DNA from: Gemmatimonadaceae bacterium | GTDB lineage: Bacteria; Gemmatimonadota; Gemmatimonadetes; Gemmatimonadales; Gemmatimonadaceae | DNA: 64,000 bases | Direction: 5' to 3' | NCBI GenBank assembly: GCA_044224875.1 | Contig: JBGAJQ010000003.1 | Location: 1-64,000, forward strand | In this document: one piece after another, positions 40,006 to 50,744 of the stretch | How the letters are laid out: each line of letters opens with the position of its first letter | How positions within the stretch are numbered: the stretch's first letter is position 1 | Program-made: the position numbers and the translations under genes | Notes under the pieces: model-generated | The model's database searches: none | The model's input: only the letters and a program-made list of their open reading frames with translations | Told to the model about the DNA's origin: nothing

Positions 40006-41196
40006 GTGCCTGACACTCTCCTCACCTTCCGTCCGGAATTCCCGATCCTCGCGCACAGCACCTATCTCGTCTCCAATTCGTTAGGTGCCATGCCGCGAGC
40101 GGTGCCCGACCGGCTCGCAGAGTACGTAGACGCGTGGGCCGAGTTTGGCGTTCGCGCGTGGGCCAAGGGATGGTGGCAGATGCCGGTGGAGGTGGGTGAC
40201 GAAATCGCCCCGCTCTTGGGAGCCGACGCGGGCCAGGTGGTGATGGTCCCCAACGTCTCACTCGGCCAAGCGACAGTGTTGTCGGCGCTGGAGTACCGGG
40301 CACCGCGGAATCGGATCGTGATGACCGACCAGGACTTTCCCTCGGTACGGTACGTCTTCGATCGCTTGGCTACGCGACTGGGAGCGGAGATCGTGGTCGT
40401 GCCGAGTAACGACGGGCTCTCCGTGAACCTCGAACGTCTGTTGGCGGCAATCGACGAACGCACCGCATTGGTCGCCATCTCGCACGTGCTGTTCAAGTCT
40501 GCCTACATCATGGATGTGGCGGCGATTTGCGCGCATGCCCACCGTGTGGGAGCCCTGGTGTCGCTGGACGCATTCCACTCAGTTGGCGTGATGCCGGTCG
40601 ACGTGAAGGCGATTGGTGCCGATTTCCTCACGGGCGGCGTGCTGAAATGGCTCTGCGGTGGTCCTGGCGGCTGCTTCCTCTATGCGTCTCCCGAGATGAC
40701 GGCGCGGTTCGCGCCGGCGCTCACGGGGTGGCAGGCGCACGCCCGCCCGTTTGGGTTCGAGGGGGAGATGGAGTACGCGTCGAATGCCTATCGATGGTTG
40801 GGTGGAACGCCCGTGATTCCGGCGCTCTATGCGGCCATTGAGGGCCCTCGCGTGCTGAAGCGGGCAGGCATCGACGCCATTCGTGCCAAGAGCGTTCGAC
40901 AGACCTCTCGACTGATTGAGCTGGCGGATCAGCGCGGCTTTGCCGTGCATGCGCCGCGCGATCCTGCGCGCCGTGGTGGCACCGTGGCATTCGACGTGCC
41001 GCACGGGTATGAGGTCGCGCAATTTCTGCTGGACCGGAACATTGTCGTGGACTATCGGCCCGGCGCCGGGATTCGGGTAGCGCCACACTTCTACACGCGG
41101 GATGACGAACTCGATGTCGCCGTCGCGGCCATCGATGACGCGCTCGCCGATGACAAGTGGCGCGCCTTCAGCGGCCAACGACACGTCGTCACCTAG
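40006..41196 (+). CDS. kynU: Kynureninase-like PLP enzyme (class V aminotransferase)
   Basis: RPEFPIL..TYL.SNSLGAMP, DFPS, DAFHSVG, GVLKWLCGGPG, GW.AHARPF, GTP, RVAPHFY. Confidence 0.75.
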   Translation: MPDTLLTFRPEFPILAHSTYLVSNSLGAMPRAVPDRLAEYVDAWAEFGVRAWAKGWWQMPVEVGDEIAPLLGADAGQVVMVPNVSLGQATVLSALEYRAPRNRIVMTDQDFPSVRYVFDRLATRLGAEIVVVPSNDGLSVNLERLLAAIDERTALVAISHVLFKSAYIMDVAAICAHAHRVGALVSLDAFHSVGVMPVDVKAIGADFLTGGVLKWLCGGPGGCFLYASPEMTARFAPALTGWQAHARPFGFEGEMEYASNAYRWLGGTPVIPALYAAIEGPRVLKRAGIDAIRAKSVRQTSRLIELADQRGFAVHAPRDPARRGGTVAFDVPHGYEVAQFLLDRNIVVDYRPGAGIRVAPHFYTRDDELDVAVAAIDDALADDKWRAFSGQRHVVT

Positions 41197-41234
41197 CAGT
41201 CCAACGTACTCTCACTTACCAAAGGAATTGCGAC

Positions 41235-41468
41235 ATGCCAGCGCAGCCGCAGAAACTCCGCAAGCAATACAACAACACCCAGTATCCCAACGTCATCCTG
41301 CGGTTCGAGGATGGGCACGAGATCGAAGTGGCCAAGGGAACACGCAAGGGCTTCGACGCCTGGGCGGGCGAACGAATCAAGATTCTCGCCGTGTGGGATC
41401 ACACGTCGGGCGAACGTGAGAAGGTCGATACCTGGCTCGCTGAGCAGTTCGAGAACGAAAAGGTGTGA
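41235..41468 (+). CDS. Small hypothetical protein (77 aa)
   Basis: AAGGA SD, ATG 41235, GC3-rich codons, lies within the operon. Confidence 0.7.
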   Translation: MPAQPQKLRKQYNNTQYPNVILRFEDGHEIEVAKGTRKGFDAWAGERIKILAVWDHTSGEREKVDTWLAEQFENEKV

Positions 41469-41489
41469 GGTGATCGCACCGGGATTCAA

Positions 41490-42398
41490 TTGACGCCGAT
41501 CCGGCTGACTCCGACTGTTCGCGACGCGCTGGCCCGCGGCGCGCCCGTGGTGGCCCTCGAAACGTCGGTGCTGGCCCAAGGTCTCCCAACGCCTGCCAAT
41601 CGCGATGCGGCGGATCGAATGGTCGGCGCTGTCGAAGCGGTTGGGGCCGTTCCAGCCTTCACCGCCGTCGTCGGTGGGACAGCGACCATGGGCCTAACGG
41701 GAGACGAGTTGTCGCGATTCCTGGCCCGGGCGGGCGTGGCCAAGGTGTCGTCGCGCGACTTGGGTGTGGTGATGGCGCGGGGCGTCGACGGCGCCACGAC
41801 GGTAGCTGCGGCACTCACCCTCTGCCGCCTGGCGGGCGTCCGCGTATTCGCTACAGGTGGAATTGGCGGCGTGCATCGCGATCCACCGTTCGATGAATCG
41901 GCAGACTTACTCGAGCTTTCACGCACGTCGGCGATCGTGGTGTGTGCCGGCGCCAAGTCGATCCTGGACCTGCAAGCGACGGTCGAACGACTCGAGACCT
42001 TGGGTGTGGCGGTCGTGGGATACCGCACGAACGAGTGGCCCGGATTCCACTGTGCAGAGACGGGGATTGCGGTGCCGAATCACTGCCAAACCGCCGCGGA
42101 GATTGTCGCGGTCTACCGGCGACAGTGCAGCGTCGGTCACCCCTCGGCGTTGCTCGTCGTGCAGCCGCCACCCTCAACGGATGCGCTCACGCGGGAAGAG
42201 GTTGAGCGCGCGATCGAACTGGCGGCTGATCAGGCGCGTCAGGCCGGCGTGCGTGGCGCCGCCTTGACGCCGTTCCTGCTGGCGGCGGTCGAAAGGTCCA
42301 CTTCGGGGCGTTCGCTCTCGGTCAATCTGTCGCTTCTGGAAGCCAACGCGCGACTTGCCGGCGAGATCGCGGCGGAGTTAGGCGGCACTCACTTTTGA
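41490..42398 (+). CDS. psuG: Pseudouridine-5'-phosphate glycosidase
   Basis: PVVALETS, KVSSRD, ATTVAA, FATGGIGGVHR, ESADL, GAKSILD, LTPFLL. Confidence 0.92.
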   Translation: MTPIRLTPTVRDALARGAPVVALETSVLAQGLPTPANRDAADRMVGAVEAVGAVPAFTAVVGGTATMGLTGDELSRFLARAGVAKVSSRDLGVVMARGVDGATTVAAALTLCRLAGVRVFATGGIGGVHRDPPFDESADLLELSRTSAIVVCAGAKSILDLQATVERLETLGVAVVGYRTNEWPGFHCAETGIAVPNHCQTAAEIVAVYRRQCSVGHPSALLVVQPPPSTDALTREEVERAIELAADQARQAGVRGAALTPFLLAAVERSTSGRSLSVNLSLLEANARLAGEIAAELGGTHF

Positions 42399-42548
42399 CC
42401 TTGTAGCCGATGTTCCTCCGGTCGGTTGTCAGGCGTCTGTATCGTTGAGAGTGCTGTGAGCCGTGGGAGTAACCGTCTATGGGTTGAACTTTCGCCGGGC
42501 GGGAACGTACTATTGGCACGCACGCTCGAACTGGAGGAACTTCGAGAG

Positions 42549-43661
42549 ATGCCCGCGCCCTTCATGAGCTCAGAAGAGTACGACGAACGCGCACACCAGC
42601 TCTACAACGAAGGGCAGTATGACGAAGCGCTGCAGATCCTGAACGAGGGGCTCGCGCTCTACCCGCACGCCGTCGAACTGCATATCGGAGTTGGCTACGC
42701 CCGCTTGGCGCGTGAGGAATTCGCCTGGGCGCGACGGAGTTTCGAGGAGGCGTTGATCCTGGATCCCGATCACGAGGACGCGCTGGCGGGTTTGGGTGAG
42801 ACGTTGCTGAAGTTCGGCATGGAAAAGGCGGCACTCAAGTCGTTCCACAAGGTGCTCGAACTCGGATACGAAGACGACGGGGAGTTGATGCTCCAGATTG
42901 GCCGTGCACTCTTCCGCGACGGGTTGGTGAGCGACGCCAAGGACTACTTCGACATCGCCGTTCGTCTTTCTCCCGACTCGGCGGAAGCCGTCTCGCTCGT
43001 CGGCTATTCACTGCATCGACTGGGTGAGGACGACGCGGCCATTGCCACGTTGCGGCGCGCGTTGCAGCTGGACAGTGACCATGCCGAGGCGCGTATTTAC
43101 CTTGGAAACATCCTGTACGATCGCGGCGAGTACGAGGCGGCCTTGTATCACCTGGATCGCTCCGCGCCCGAGGATCACTGGGACGAACTGGGGATCTGGC
43201 GGCTGATGGAGCTGAAGAAGACGATCCATCGGCTCTCCGACGACTCGCCGGAACTCAAGACGTGGGAACGCCGGTTGGGTGAGCTCGCCGGTGAACCTGA
43301 CGACATCGACGAGATGCTCGCCGAGATCGAGCAGCGGGCCGCCGAAGAAGCACAGAACGAGGCGCGTAACCAGCTGGAACTCTTCGGCACCATGCTGTCT
43401 GGGCTGGCGGATACACGCCGGGACGCGTTGACGCATCGCGTCATGACGCGAGATGGGCGACCGTTCGAGGGCACGTGGGTGGACATCGTGGAAAAGATGC
43501 GTGATGCCAACCTGACGTTTGCCGGACGCTCGCTGCAGGACTACATGCTGAACGAGGCTCGCCGGGGTTTTTCCCTCACCGGGATCCTCATTCCTACGGG
43601 TGACGCCGAGAGCTTCATCCGTGGCAGCGCCGACGCTGGACTGCTCCGTATCCTGAAGTGA
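42549..43661 (+). CDS. TPR-repeat protein
   Basis: Multiple TPR helices (ALILDPDHEDALAGLG, RRALQLDSDHAEARIYLG). Confidence 0.85.
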   Translation: MPAPFMSSEEYDERAHQLYNEGQYDEALQILNEGLALYPHAVELHIGVGYARLAREEFAWARRSFEEALILDPDHEDALAGLGETLLKFGMEKAALKSFHKVLELGYEDDGELMLQIGRALFRDGLVSDAKDYFDIAVRLSPDSAEAVSLVGYSLHRLGEDDAAIATLRRALQLDSDHAEARIYLGNILYDRGEYEAALYHLDRSAPEDHWDELGIWRLMELKKTIHRLSDDSPELKTWERRLGELAGEPDDIDEMLAEIEQRAAEEAQNEARNQLELFGTMLSGLADTRRDALTHRVMTRDGRPFEGTWVDIVEKMRDANLTFAGRSLQDYMLNEARRGFSLTGILIPTGDAESFIRGSADAGLLRILK

Positions 43662-44665
43662 TCGGTTCGGCCGGAGGGCAGCGTGTCGCACAAGCCGCGC
43701 TCGATGCTGCCCGTCCCGCCATCGCGCGATTGGATGAGTCGCGAAGCGGCGACGACCTGGCCGCCGACCTGCTCGAGGCGTGGGAAGGGGTTGAACGGGC
43801 GCTGCGCGCGCTCGCCGGCGTTCCCACCCTTTCCGGTCAGTCGCTCATTCGTGAGGCGCGCCAACGCGACCTGCTGACCCTCGATCAAGCGCACGCGCTG
43901 ATCGAGTTTTCCGCTTCGTGCGAGCGGGCGCGCGAGACCACCTACGAGCCGCAGGGCAGCGACATCCAGAACGCGCGCGTCGGCTTTCACCAGATGGAGT
44001 CGGTGCTCACGCAGTCAACGGTGCACTCAGCACCGATTCAGACGCCGACGCGGAACGAGGCGCAGGCGACGCCGGGGTCTGCGCCCGCGGCCAAGCATGA
44101 CGAGGTGGCTCCACCGGTCCGTCGAAACATCCTTGGGCGTGTGCTCGTGTCGGTGCTGGCGGTCGCGTTACTTGCGGTGGCTGGCTTTTATGTCTGGCAG
44201 CTGACGATGAGCGCGCAGGCGGCGGTGCGGAAAGGCGTGGCGGCGTACGCTGCCGGTCGGCGCAGCGAGGCAAGCCATCAGTTCGACCTGGCGGTCGAGC
44301 GCGATCCCGGGCTGGCTGTCCCGCACGTGTATGCAGGCCGAATGTACCGCGAGGACGGGAACTACGAGAGCGCGGCGCTCGAGCTCAAACGCGCCATCGA
44401 ACTCGAGCCGCGCAATGCGCTCGCGTTGCGCGAGATGGGGTCATACCTCCTGGCTCGCGGCAACTTTGACTTGGCGCGAGCGTTCTATGTGCGCGCGCTG
44501 AGTGTGGACCCCGAAGACAAGTTGGCGATGGGATTCCTTGGCTGCGCGTTGGCACGGCTGGGCCGGTACGACGAAGCGCAGCGATTTGCCCAGCGTGCCG
44601 GCCCTGGCGCCTGGTCGGCCTGCCTCACGCCACCACCGCCGGTCATGCTGCCCGCGCCTCGTTAG
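43658..44665 (+). CDS. Membrane-anchored TPR protein
   Basis: Central TM helix, TPRs (RAIELEPRNALA); GTGA overlap with the upstream gene. Confidence 0.8.
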   Translation: MIGSAGGQRVAQAALDAARPAIARLDESRSGDDLAADLLEAWEGVERALRALAGVPTLSGQSLIREARQRDLLTLDQAHALIEFSASCERARETTYEPQGSDIQNARVGFHQMESVLTQSTVHSAPIQTPTRNEAQATPGSAPAAKHDEVAPPVRRNILGRVLVSVLAVALLAVAGFYVWQLTMSAQAAVRKGVAAYAAGRRSEASHQFDLAVERDPGLAVPHVYAGRMYREDGNYESAALELKRAIELEPRNALALREMGSYLLARGNFDLARAFYVRALSVDPEDKLAMGFLGCALARLGRYDEAQRFAQRAGPGAWSACLTPPPPVMLPAPR

Positions 44666-44698
44666 GCGCTCCACTCGCTCCTCCTACCTGCACCTCAC

Positions 44699-47302
44699 GT
44701 GTTTCGCGATGTGGTCCGCCATCGTCTGGCGAACGGGCTGACGGTCCTGTTCAGGCGTGACGTCTCGGCCCCAGTGGCGGCCGTCGTTACGTACGTACGG
44801 GCGGGGTACTTCGACGAGACCGACGACATCGTCGGGATCGCCCATGTCCTGGAGCACATGTACTTCAAGGGCACACCGTCACGCGCGGTCGGCGAGATCG
44901 CACGTGAGACCAAGGCGCAAGGTGGCTACCTGAATGCCGGGACGATTTACGACCACACGTCCTATTACGCGGTAGTCCCGGCCGACGGCTTCACCAAGGC
45001 GTTGGAAGTACAGGCCGACGCCTACGCCAACTCCAGCATCGATGCCAGCGAGCTCGCTCGTGAGCTCGAGGTGATCATCGAGGAGGCCAAACGAAAGGCA
45101 GACACGCCCGAAGCCGTCACGACCGAGACCTTGTTCGAGCTGCTACACGACGTTCATCGCATCCGACGATGGCGGATCGGCCGGGAAGACGGGCTACGCC
45201 GGCTCACACGCAGTCATCTCGTCAACTTCTACCGGAACCTCTACCGGCCGTCCACCACGGTCTTGTCGATTGTCGGGGACTTGGACCCGGACAGCGTGCT
45301 GCAGGACGTCGATCGCCTGTATGGGCACCTACCGTCTGGTGAGGCGCAACGCTCCCGAGGACCACGGGAGACGCAACGTCCGGGATTTCGCTATCGCGAA
45401 CTGTCCAGCGACATCGCGCAATCGGAGGTCGCCTTTGGTTGGCGCACGCCCGGCACGTTGCACGCCGACACCCCGGCACTCGACATGGCGGCGCTCGTAC
45501 TTGGCACGGGACGCGCGTCGCGCCTTTACCGCGCCGTACGCGAACGCGAACTCGCGTCCTCCGTTTCTGCGTACAACTACACCCCGAGCGAGCTGGGCGT
45601 GTTCGTCGTGCACGCCGAGGGCGAGCCGGCGCGGACGCGCGAGGCCGCGGCGGCCATGTGGAATGAAGTCCTGCGCTTGCGGGATGAGCCCATTCCCAGC
45701 GGAGAATTGGAGCGCGCCCGGCGCGTGCACGAGTCACGCTGGCTGCGACGGCTGGAGACCATGGACGGCCAAGCCAATGTGCTGGCGGAGTGGGAGAGCC
45801 TTGGCGGTTGGGAGCTGGCGGACCAGTTCTTCGACCGGACCATGCGCGTGTCGCCGAGCGAGTTGCGGGACGCCGTGGCGACACACCTGACTCCGGAGGA
45901 TGCGTCGATGTTGGCACACCGTCCCCGGAACAGCGCCGTGGTCGCCGCCAGCACGAATGAGGCAAGGTTGCTGCTGCCGAACGCATCGGTGACTCCTTCG
46001 GGCGCGTGGAGCCTGACGATCGACGCACCCGCCGTCATCGCGCGACCGGCCTCGCCACACCGTACCGTGGGCGCGGTCCGTATTTACCATCACGAGTCCA
46101 CTGGGCTCCCAGTGCTGGTGCGATTGAAGCCTGGCGCGGCGGTTTCGCACGTCGGGGTCTTCGCCTTGGGTGGAGCCGCGGCCGAGCCAGCGCACGTGGC
46201 GGGTGTGGCCTTGCTGAGCGGCCGAGCCGCCTTGAAAGGCACGGAACGACGTTCGGCGGCGCAGGTCGCCGAATCGTCGGAGTTGCTGGGCGGCAGTATC
46301 AGTCCGTCGGTATCCAGTGACGGCCTCGGCTTTACGTTGTCGGTGCCGACGCCACGCATCGGCCCGGCAATCGAACTGCTTGCCGACGTCGCGCAGTACC
46401 CGTTGCTGAACGCCGCGGACATCGAGACGGAGCGGTCGGTCCTGTTGTCGCAGCTGGCGCAGCTGCGCGACGACATGTTCCGGTATCCCGTTCGTCTGGC
46501 GACGCAAGCGGCGTTTGGAAGCCACGCGTATGCTCGCGGCACCATGGGATCCGAGGAGAGCGTTCGGGCGATCACGAGGGCCGATGTGCTCGCGTGGCTC
46601 CGAGAACGCGCGGCGTCGTGGGTCGTTGGTGTGGTCGCTGACGGCGATCCGGACGCGCTCGCCGCCGAGGTTGTCGCGCGCTTTGGCGCCCTGCGGATGG
46701 CGGAGCCTCCGGTAATCGTGACGCCCGAGTGGCCCGCCGAGGCGCGCATTCAGGCGGAGACGCGCGACAAGGCCCAGTCGGCGCTCGCGCTGCTTTTTCC
46801 GGGCCCGTCACACCGCGATCCGAGGCGCTTTCCGGCGCGCCTGATCGCCGCGGTGACGAGCGGCCTTGGCGGTCGGTTCTTCGATCAACTGCGGGACCGC
46901 CAGTCGTTGTGCTACACGGTGCACGCGTCGCCGTCGGAGCGTGTGGCCGCAGGCGTGTTCTCGGCGTACATCGCAACCTCACCCGAAAAGGAAGACGTCG
47001 CTCGTGAGGGGTTGCTGCGCGAGTTTGCGAAGCTTCGCGAGGCGCCCGTCACGGATGACGAATTGAGTCGCGCGCAGCGCTACGTGATCGGAACGCACGC
47101 CATCGCCCAACAGCACGGGGGTACGCAGTTGGCTGAAATGGTGGATGCGTGGCTCTTCGGCGAGGGACTGGAGGAACTCGATCGCTACGCCGATCGACTC
47201 CGGTCGCAGACCCCGGCGGATTTGCAGCGCGTGGCGCAAGAGTACTTCCATCAGGAGCGTCGCGTCGAGGGAGTCGTCCGCGGCACCGGTCGCAAGGTGT
47301 GA
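44699..47302 (+). CDS. M16 (insulinase/PqqL-like) zinc protease
   Basis: LANGL, GIAHVLEHMYFKGT (HxxEH), NAGT..D.T.Y; second inactive M16 half. Start uncertain. Confidence 0.9.
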   Translation: MFRDVVRHRLANGLTVLFRRDVSAPVAAVVTYVRAGYFDETDDIVGIAHVLEHMYFKGTPSRAVGEIARETKAQGGYLNAGTIYDHTSYYAVVPADGFTKALEVQADAYANSSIDASELARELEVIIEEAKRKADTPEAVTTETLFELLHDVHRIRRWRIGREDGLRRLTRSHLVNFYRNLYRPSTTVLSIVGDLDPDSVLQDVDRLYGHLPSGEAQRSRGPRETQRPGFRYRELSSDIAQSEVAFGWRTPGTLHADTPALDMAALVLGTGRASRLYRAVRERELASSVSAYNYTPSELGVFVVHAEGEPARTREAAAAMWNEVLRLRDEPIPSGELERARRVHESRWLRRLETMDGQANVLAEWESLGGWELADQFFDRTMRVSPSELRDAVATHLTPEDASMLAHRPRNSAVVAASTNEARLLLPNASVTPSGAWSLTIDAPAVIARPASPHRTVGAVRIYHHESTGLPVLVRLKPGAAVSHVGVFALGGAAAEPAHVAGVALLSGRAALKGTERRSAAQVAESSELLGGSISPSVSSDGLGFTLSVPTPRIGPAIELLADVAQYPLLNAADIETERSVLLSQLAQLRDDMFRYPVRLATQAAFGSHAYARGTMGSEESVRAITRADVLAWLRERAASWVVGVVADGDPDALAAEVVARFGALRMAEPPVIVTPEWPAEARIQAETRDKAQSALALLFPGPSHRDPRRFPARLIAAVTSGLGGRFFDQLRDRQSLCYTVHASPSERVAAGVFSAYIATSPEKEDVAREGLLREFAKLREAPVTDDELSRAQRYVIGTHAIAQQHGGTQLAEMVDAWLFGEGLEELDRYADRLRSQTPADLQRVAQEYFHQERRVEGVVRGTGRKV

Positions 47303-47303
47303 C

Positions 47304-48023
47304 CTAACGACGCTGCATTGGTGGATACCCGAGGGCCGTATTGAGCCAGCGGACGAACGGCAGCATAAGGCGAAAGTCCTTTTCGATGCGCTCCGGGAGC
47401 TTGGCGCTCAGCACCTGCGCGTCGGTCAGCGGCGCGTGGACGGTGAACGACACGTAGCGCAGGTACGGCTCGGCGGGGTGGCCTGGTGCAAAGCCGCGTG
47501 GCAAGCGCTTGAGCATGCCCTCGGTACTGAGCGGGCTGAAGCGACGCTTGAATGACTTTTCGGAGAGTATCGCCGCCAGCGCCTTGGGCTTGTCGATCAG
47601 GGCGTCGCGAATGACGGCCAGCCGATCGCGTGGGGGCATCCAGATGCCCCCGGCGACCATGCTCGCGCCAGGTTCAACATGCACGTAGAAACCGGCGCCT
47701 GCGCCGTGAGTCTCGCTGCCAACGCCGTGGCCCGCGCGGGCGTGGGTGAGCCAGAACGAGACGTGAGTCTTGTACGGCGACTTGTCCTTCGAGAAGCGGA
47801 CATCGCGATGGATTCGGAAGATCGAACGTTTCGGATTCCCGACGATCTCCGGGGCAAAGCCGGCGCAGCGTACATCCAACTCCTCGACCAGCAGGCGAAG
47901 CGGCGCCAGGAGCTCCTGGTCATACGCCGCCCGATGATCCGTGAACCAGGCACGATCGTTGTGACGTTTGAGCTGACGAAGAAAGGTGAAGGCGGTGGGT
48001 CGAAAGGGAGTGAACGTCGGCAT
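47304..48023 (-). CDS. DUF2461 family protein
   Basis: HNDRAWF, SIFRIHRDVRFSKDKSPYKT, GFY.H, LKRLPRGF. Confidence 0.88.
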   Translation of the reverse strand: MPTFTPFRPTAFTFLRQLKRHNDRAWFTDHRAAYDQELLAPLRLLVEELDVRCAGFAPEIVGNPKRSIFRIHRDVRFSKDKSPYKTHVSFWLTHARAGHGVGSETHGAGAGFYVHVEPGASMVAGGIWMPPRDRLAVIRDALIDKPKALAAILSEKSFKRRFSPLSTEGMLKRLPRGFAPGHPAEPYLRYVSFTVHAPLTDAQVLSAKLPERIEKDFRLMLPFVRWLNTALGYPPMQRR

Positions 48024-48035
48024 GTGACGCGGGGA

Positions 48036-49571
48036 TCAGGGTTTGACGGTGGCGACTTCGGCCAGGGAGCGTTGCGCGCGGTCGAGGGTGGCGACCACCG
48101 AGCGGAGGTGGCCATCGGGCGCCCGCAACCCGAAGATGGCATCGTAGTCGGCCGCACCGTCGATCACTACGCCTTGGATACGGGGCAGCGTGGTAGCCCA
48201 GCTCAGCACGCCCCAGGCAGCCAGCGCCTGGTTCGCTTCGCCGAACAGTCGCGGATTCGCGCCGGTGGCGAACACCCACATCGGTCGCCCGGCCTCACGC
48301 GACCACTGCCCAGCGACGCGTAGTCGTGCCTCCAGCGAATGGCCGCCGCCATACGACGGCGCAAGCGTGAAACCGACGAGGTCCAGTGGGCTGTCGGAGC
48401 CCTGCGCCCAGCGGAACAACGCGCTGTCGAAAGGGGTGAAGGCCGCAACGGACACTCCCACACGCGTGCGCGGACGCAGCTGTCGAGCGCGGGCGGCCGC
48501 GTCGCCCAGAAACTGCCGCCACCACGTGGCGGGAAGCTCGCCCAGTGACGCTACGCCTAACGAACCTGGGTCCCGCGCAGGGAGCAGCACATCTGGCCGC
48601 AAGCGCCGTACGGCGCGATCCACGGCCTCGAGCCGCGCGCGCGCGTACGCCGCCGGGTCCCGGGCGGCAAGGCGCCCGTCCCGAGCATCATAGCCCAGCG
48701 AGAGCAGGATGAGCGTGCTGTCGCGGCGCAGGTCGTCCAGCGCCCGCGACACGGAGTCGAGGGCCGTCCCGCGCGTGCCATCCGGCGTGACGTACACCTG
48801 CACGGCGTCCAGCCCGAGCGAGTCGATGAGTGTCAGGTCGCCACGGAGGGCACCCGGTGATGGCGCGCGCTCGATTTCCGGGAGGATCCTCAGGCCGAGC
48901 AGGAAGTCTCCTCCGGGTCGCTCCTGCAGCCGGTCTGCGGAGAACTGACCAAAGCTCTGCCACGCCTCGATGGCGCGGGGATACTCGGCGAGTGTCAGGA
49001 GCGTGACCGCGGCCGTGGCGAGGGCGAGCAAACCTGCCGCCGCGCGTCCGCGCCGGTAGCGCGCTGGAACAACCGGCGCCAAAACCGGCACCATCAGCGC
49101 CCAAGGTGACAGGAGGGCATCGCGCCCGAAGACCAGTCCGAGCGTACTGGCGCTGGCCAGTCCGGCGGCGCCGGCGGCGCTCGGTAGGGTCCATCCATTC
49201 GCATTTGCGTATTGCGCAGAGGCGCTCGCGCCAACCGCCAGATTGAACAGCACCAACGGCACGCCGAGTGCGGGGCGTGTCAGGCGTTGCGCGACGGCGG
49301 CCACGGAGTGAGCCACGAAGAGCAGGGTCGTGAGCGGCCACGCCCACGCGACTACCGACGTGGCCCGGCCGGTGAGCGCACTGGCCGAGGTGAGGGCGAT
49401 GGCGAAGGCGGGTATGACGAGGAGTCCGTTCAGGCCGGTCAGTCCGCGCAACCATGGAGACCCGCGTTGCAACTGCACCGCCGTGCCGGCATGGCGGACG
49501 TTCCACGCCAGCATGAGGAGAACGATCGCGGCGTAGGCGACCTGGGGCCCGCGGAACGGCAGCGTGGTCAT
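48036..49571 (-). CDS. Membrane protein with soluble glycoside-hydrolase-like C-terminal domain
   Basis: About 6 TM helices, then an alternating beta/alpha domain ending DY...GLRAPDG. Confidence 0.55.
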   Translation of the reverse strand: MTTLPFRGPQVAYAAIVLLMLAWNVRHAGTAVQLQRGSPWLRGLTGLNGLLVIPAFAIALTSASALTGRATSVVAWAWPLTTLLFVAHSVAAVAQRLTRPALGVPLVLFNLAVGASASAQYANANGWTLPSAAGAAGLASASTLGLVFGRDALLSPWALMVPVLAPVVPARYRRGRAAAGLLALATAAVTLLTLAEYPRAIEAWQSFGQFSADRLQERPGGDFLLGLRILPEIERAPSPGALRGDLTLIDSLGLDAVQVYVTPDGTRGTALDSVSRALDDLRRDSTLILLSLGYDARDGRLAARDPAAYARARLEAVDRAVRRLRPDVLLPARDPGSLGVASLGELPATWWRQFLGDAAARARQLRPRTRVGVSVAAFTPFDSALFRWAQGSDSPLDLVGFTLAPSYGGGHSLEARLRVAGQWSREAGRPMWVFATGANPRLFGEANQALAAWGVLSWATTLPRIQGVVIDGAADYDAIFGLRAPDGHLRSVVATLDRAQRSLAEVATVKP

Positions 49572-49728
49572 CGTCGCTCACGTCCGGGTGAGCGTGGTCT
49601 GAATGGCGAGTGAGGGACCGTCATCGGTGGCACGGCAAAGGTGGTGGTGCGCACCCTCATCGGCAACGGAACGGCGCGTCACGCGCACTCGCTGGCCGCC
49701 CCTCCGTCCCGTCGGTTACCTTGCGCAG

Positions 49729-50256
49729 ATGGATCGTGGCACGCTCGTCAGCCTTCCCAATGCCATCTCGATGTCCCGTTTGCTGCTCGCGGTGGCGTTC
49801 GTTGCCGCGGACGACGCACGGGTACGGCTGGGATTGATCGGTGCCGCGTCTCTGACCGATTACCTCGACGGGTGGTTGGCGCGCCGACAGCACACCACGA
49901 GCGACTGGGGAGCGCTCATCGACCCGTTGGCCGACCGGATCTTTGTGTTCACGGCGGTCTCCGTTTTCCTCGTGTCGCACGCCATCACCACCGTCCAGTA
50001 CTTCGTCCTGATCTCGAGGGACCTGATGACCGCGATCGGGTTTCTGGTGGCGCGTTCGGTTCCCATGTTGCGACCGGTGCACTTTCGGGCTCGGCCGTTA
50101 GGCAAGACGGTCACGGTGTTGCAGCTGATTACCCTCATCGCCGTCCTCGCGCTCCCCAGCGTAGTCGGTCGGCTCATCGTCCTGGTCGGCGTGGCCTCGG
50201 CGTTCTCGATCACCGACTACACCCTGGCCCTATGGAACCAGCGCGCGCGATCCTGA
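49729..50256 (+). CDS. CDP-alcohol phosphatidyltransferase (PgsA-like)
   Basis: LPNAISMSR, TDYLDGWLARR...GALIDPLADR, SRD, GK. Confidence 0.9.
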   Translation: MDRGTLVSLPNAISMSRLLLAVAFVAADDARVRLGLIGAASLTDYLDGWLARRQHTTSDWGALIDPLADRIFVFTAVSVFLVSHAITTVQYFVLISRDLMTAIGFLVARSVPMLRPVHFRARPLGKTVTVLQLITLIAVLALPSVVGRLIVLVGVASAFSITDYTLALWNQRARS

Positions 50257-50717
50257 TCGCGCTCAGTGCTGGGCTGCTCGTCCCGGACGTGCCGCTCGCG
50301 GCTCAGGTGCAACGATCCATGCGACCCGAACTCCGCGTGGATGCCTTGGCGTCGCGCGCCCCGTCGCTCCAACTCGGTCTTGGGGCGGCATTCCCTGTGG
50401 GCACCTATGTGCGCTTGGCGGCAGTCGCCGGTGGCGGGGTGGCGCGACGGCACGGCACGTCCGGCGGCGCGGCCCGCGCCGATGTCGTCGTGCGCTTCTT
50501 GCTCGACCCCTACGGCGAAGCACGCCTCGGGTTCTACGGTCTGGGCGGCCTCAGCGTGCGCTATGATGAGTTTGACCAGTGGCGTCCCGATGCCATGATT
50601 GGCTTTGGACTCGAAGGTCGATTTCGCACGCCGTTGACCCCCGCGTTCGAACTCAGCTTAGGGGGAGGCGTTCGAGCTGGCGTGGTGCTGCGCTGGACGC
50701 GAGGCGACGTCCGCTAA
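50232..50717 (+). CDS. Small secreted/outer-membrane beta-strand protein
   Basis: Signal peptide then amphipathic beta strands; overlaps the upstream gene end. Confidence 0.55.
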   Translation: MEPARAILIALSAGLLVPDVPLAAQVQRSMRPELRVDALASRAPSLQLGLGAAFPVGTYVRLAAVAGGGVARRHGTSGGAARADVVVRFLLDPYGEARLGFYGLGGLSVRYDEFDQWRPDAMIGFGLEGRFRTPLTPAFELSLGGGVRAGVVLRWTRGDVR

Positions 50718-50744
50718 GTCCCCGAAGCCCCGCGGTCAGCCCTC

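Noticed and set aside
41490..42398. psuG without psuK as a novel pathway
   Set aside because: The kinase may be encoded elsewhere; this cannot be judged from the window.
42513..42530. Sigma-54 promoter TTGGCACGCACGCTCG before the TPR gene
   Set aside because: Good -24 box, but the -12 position reads CG rather than GC.
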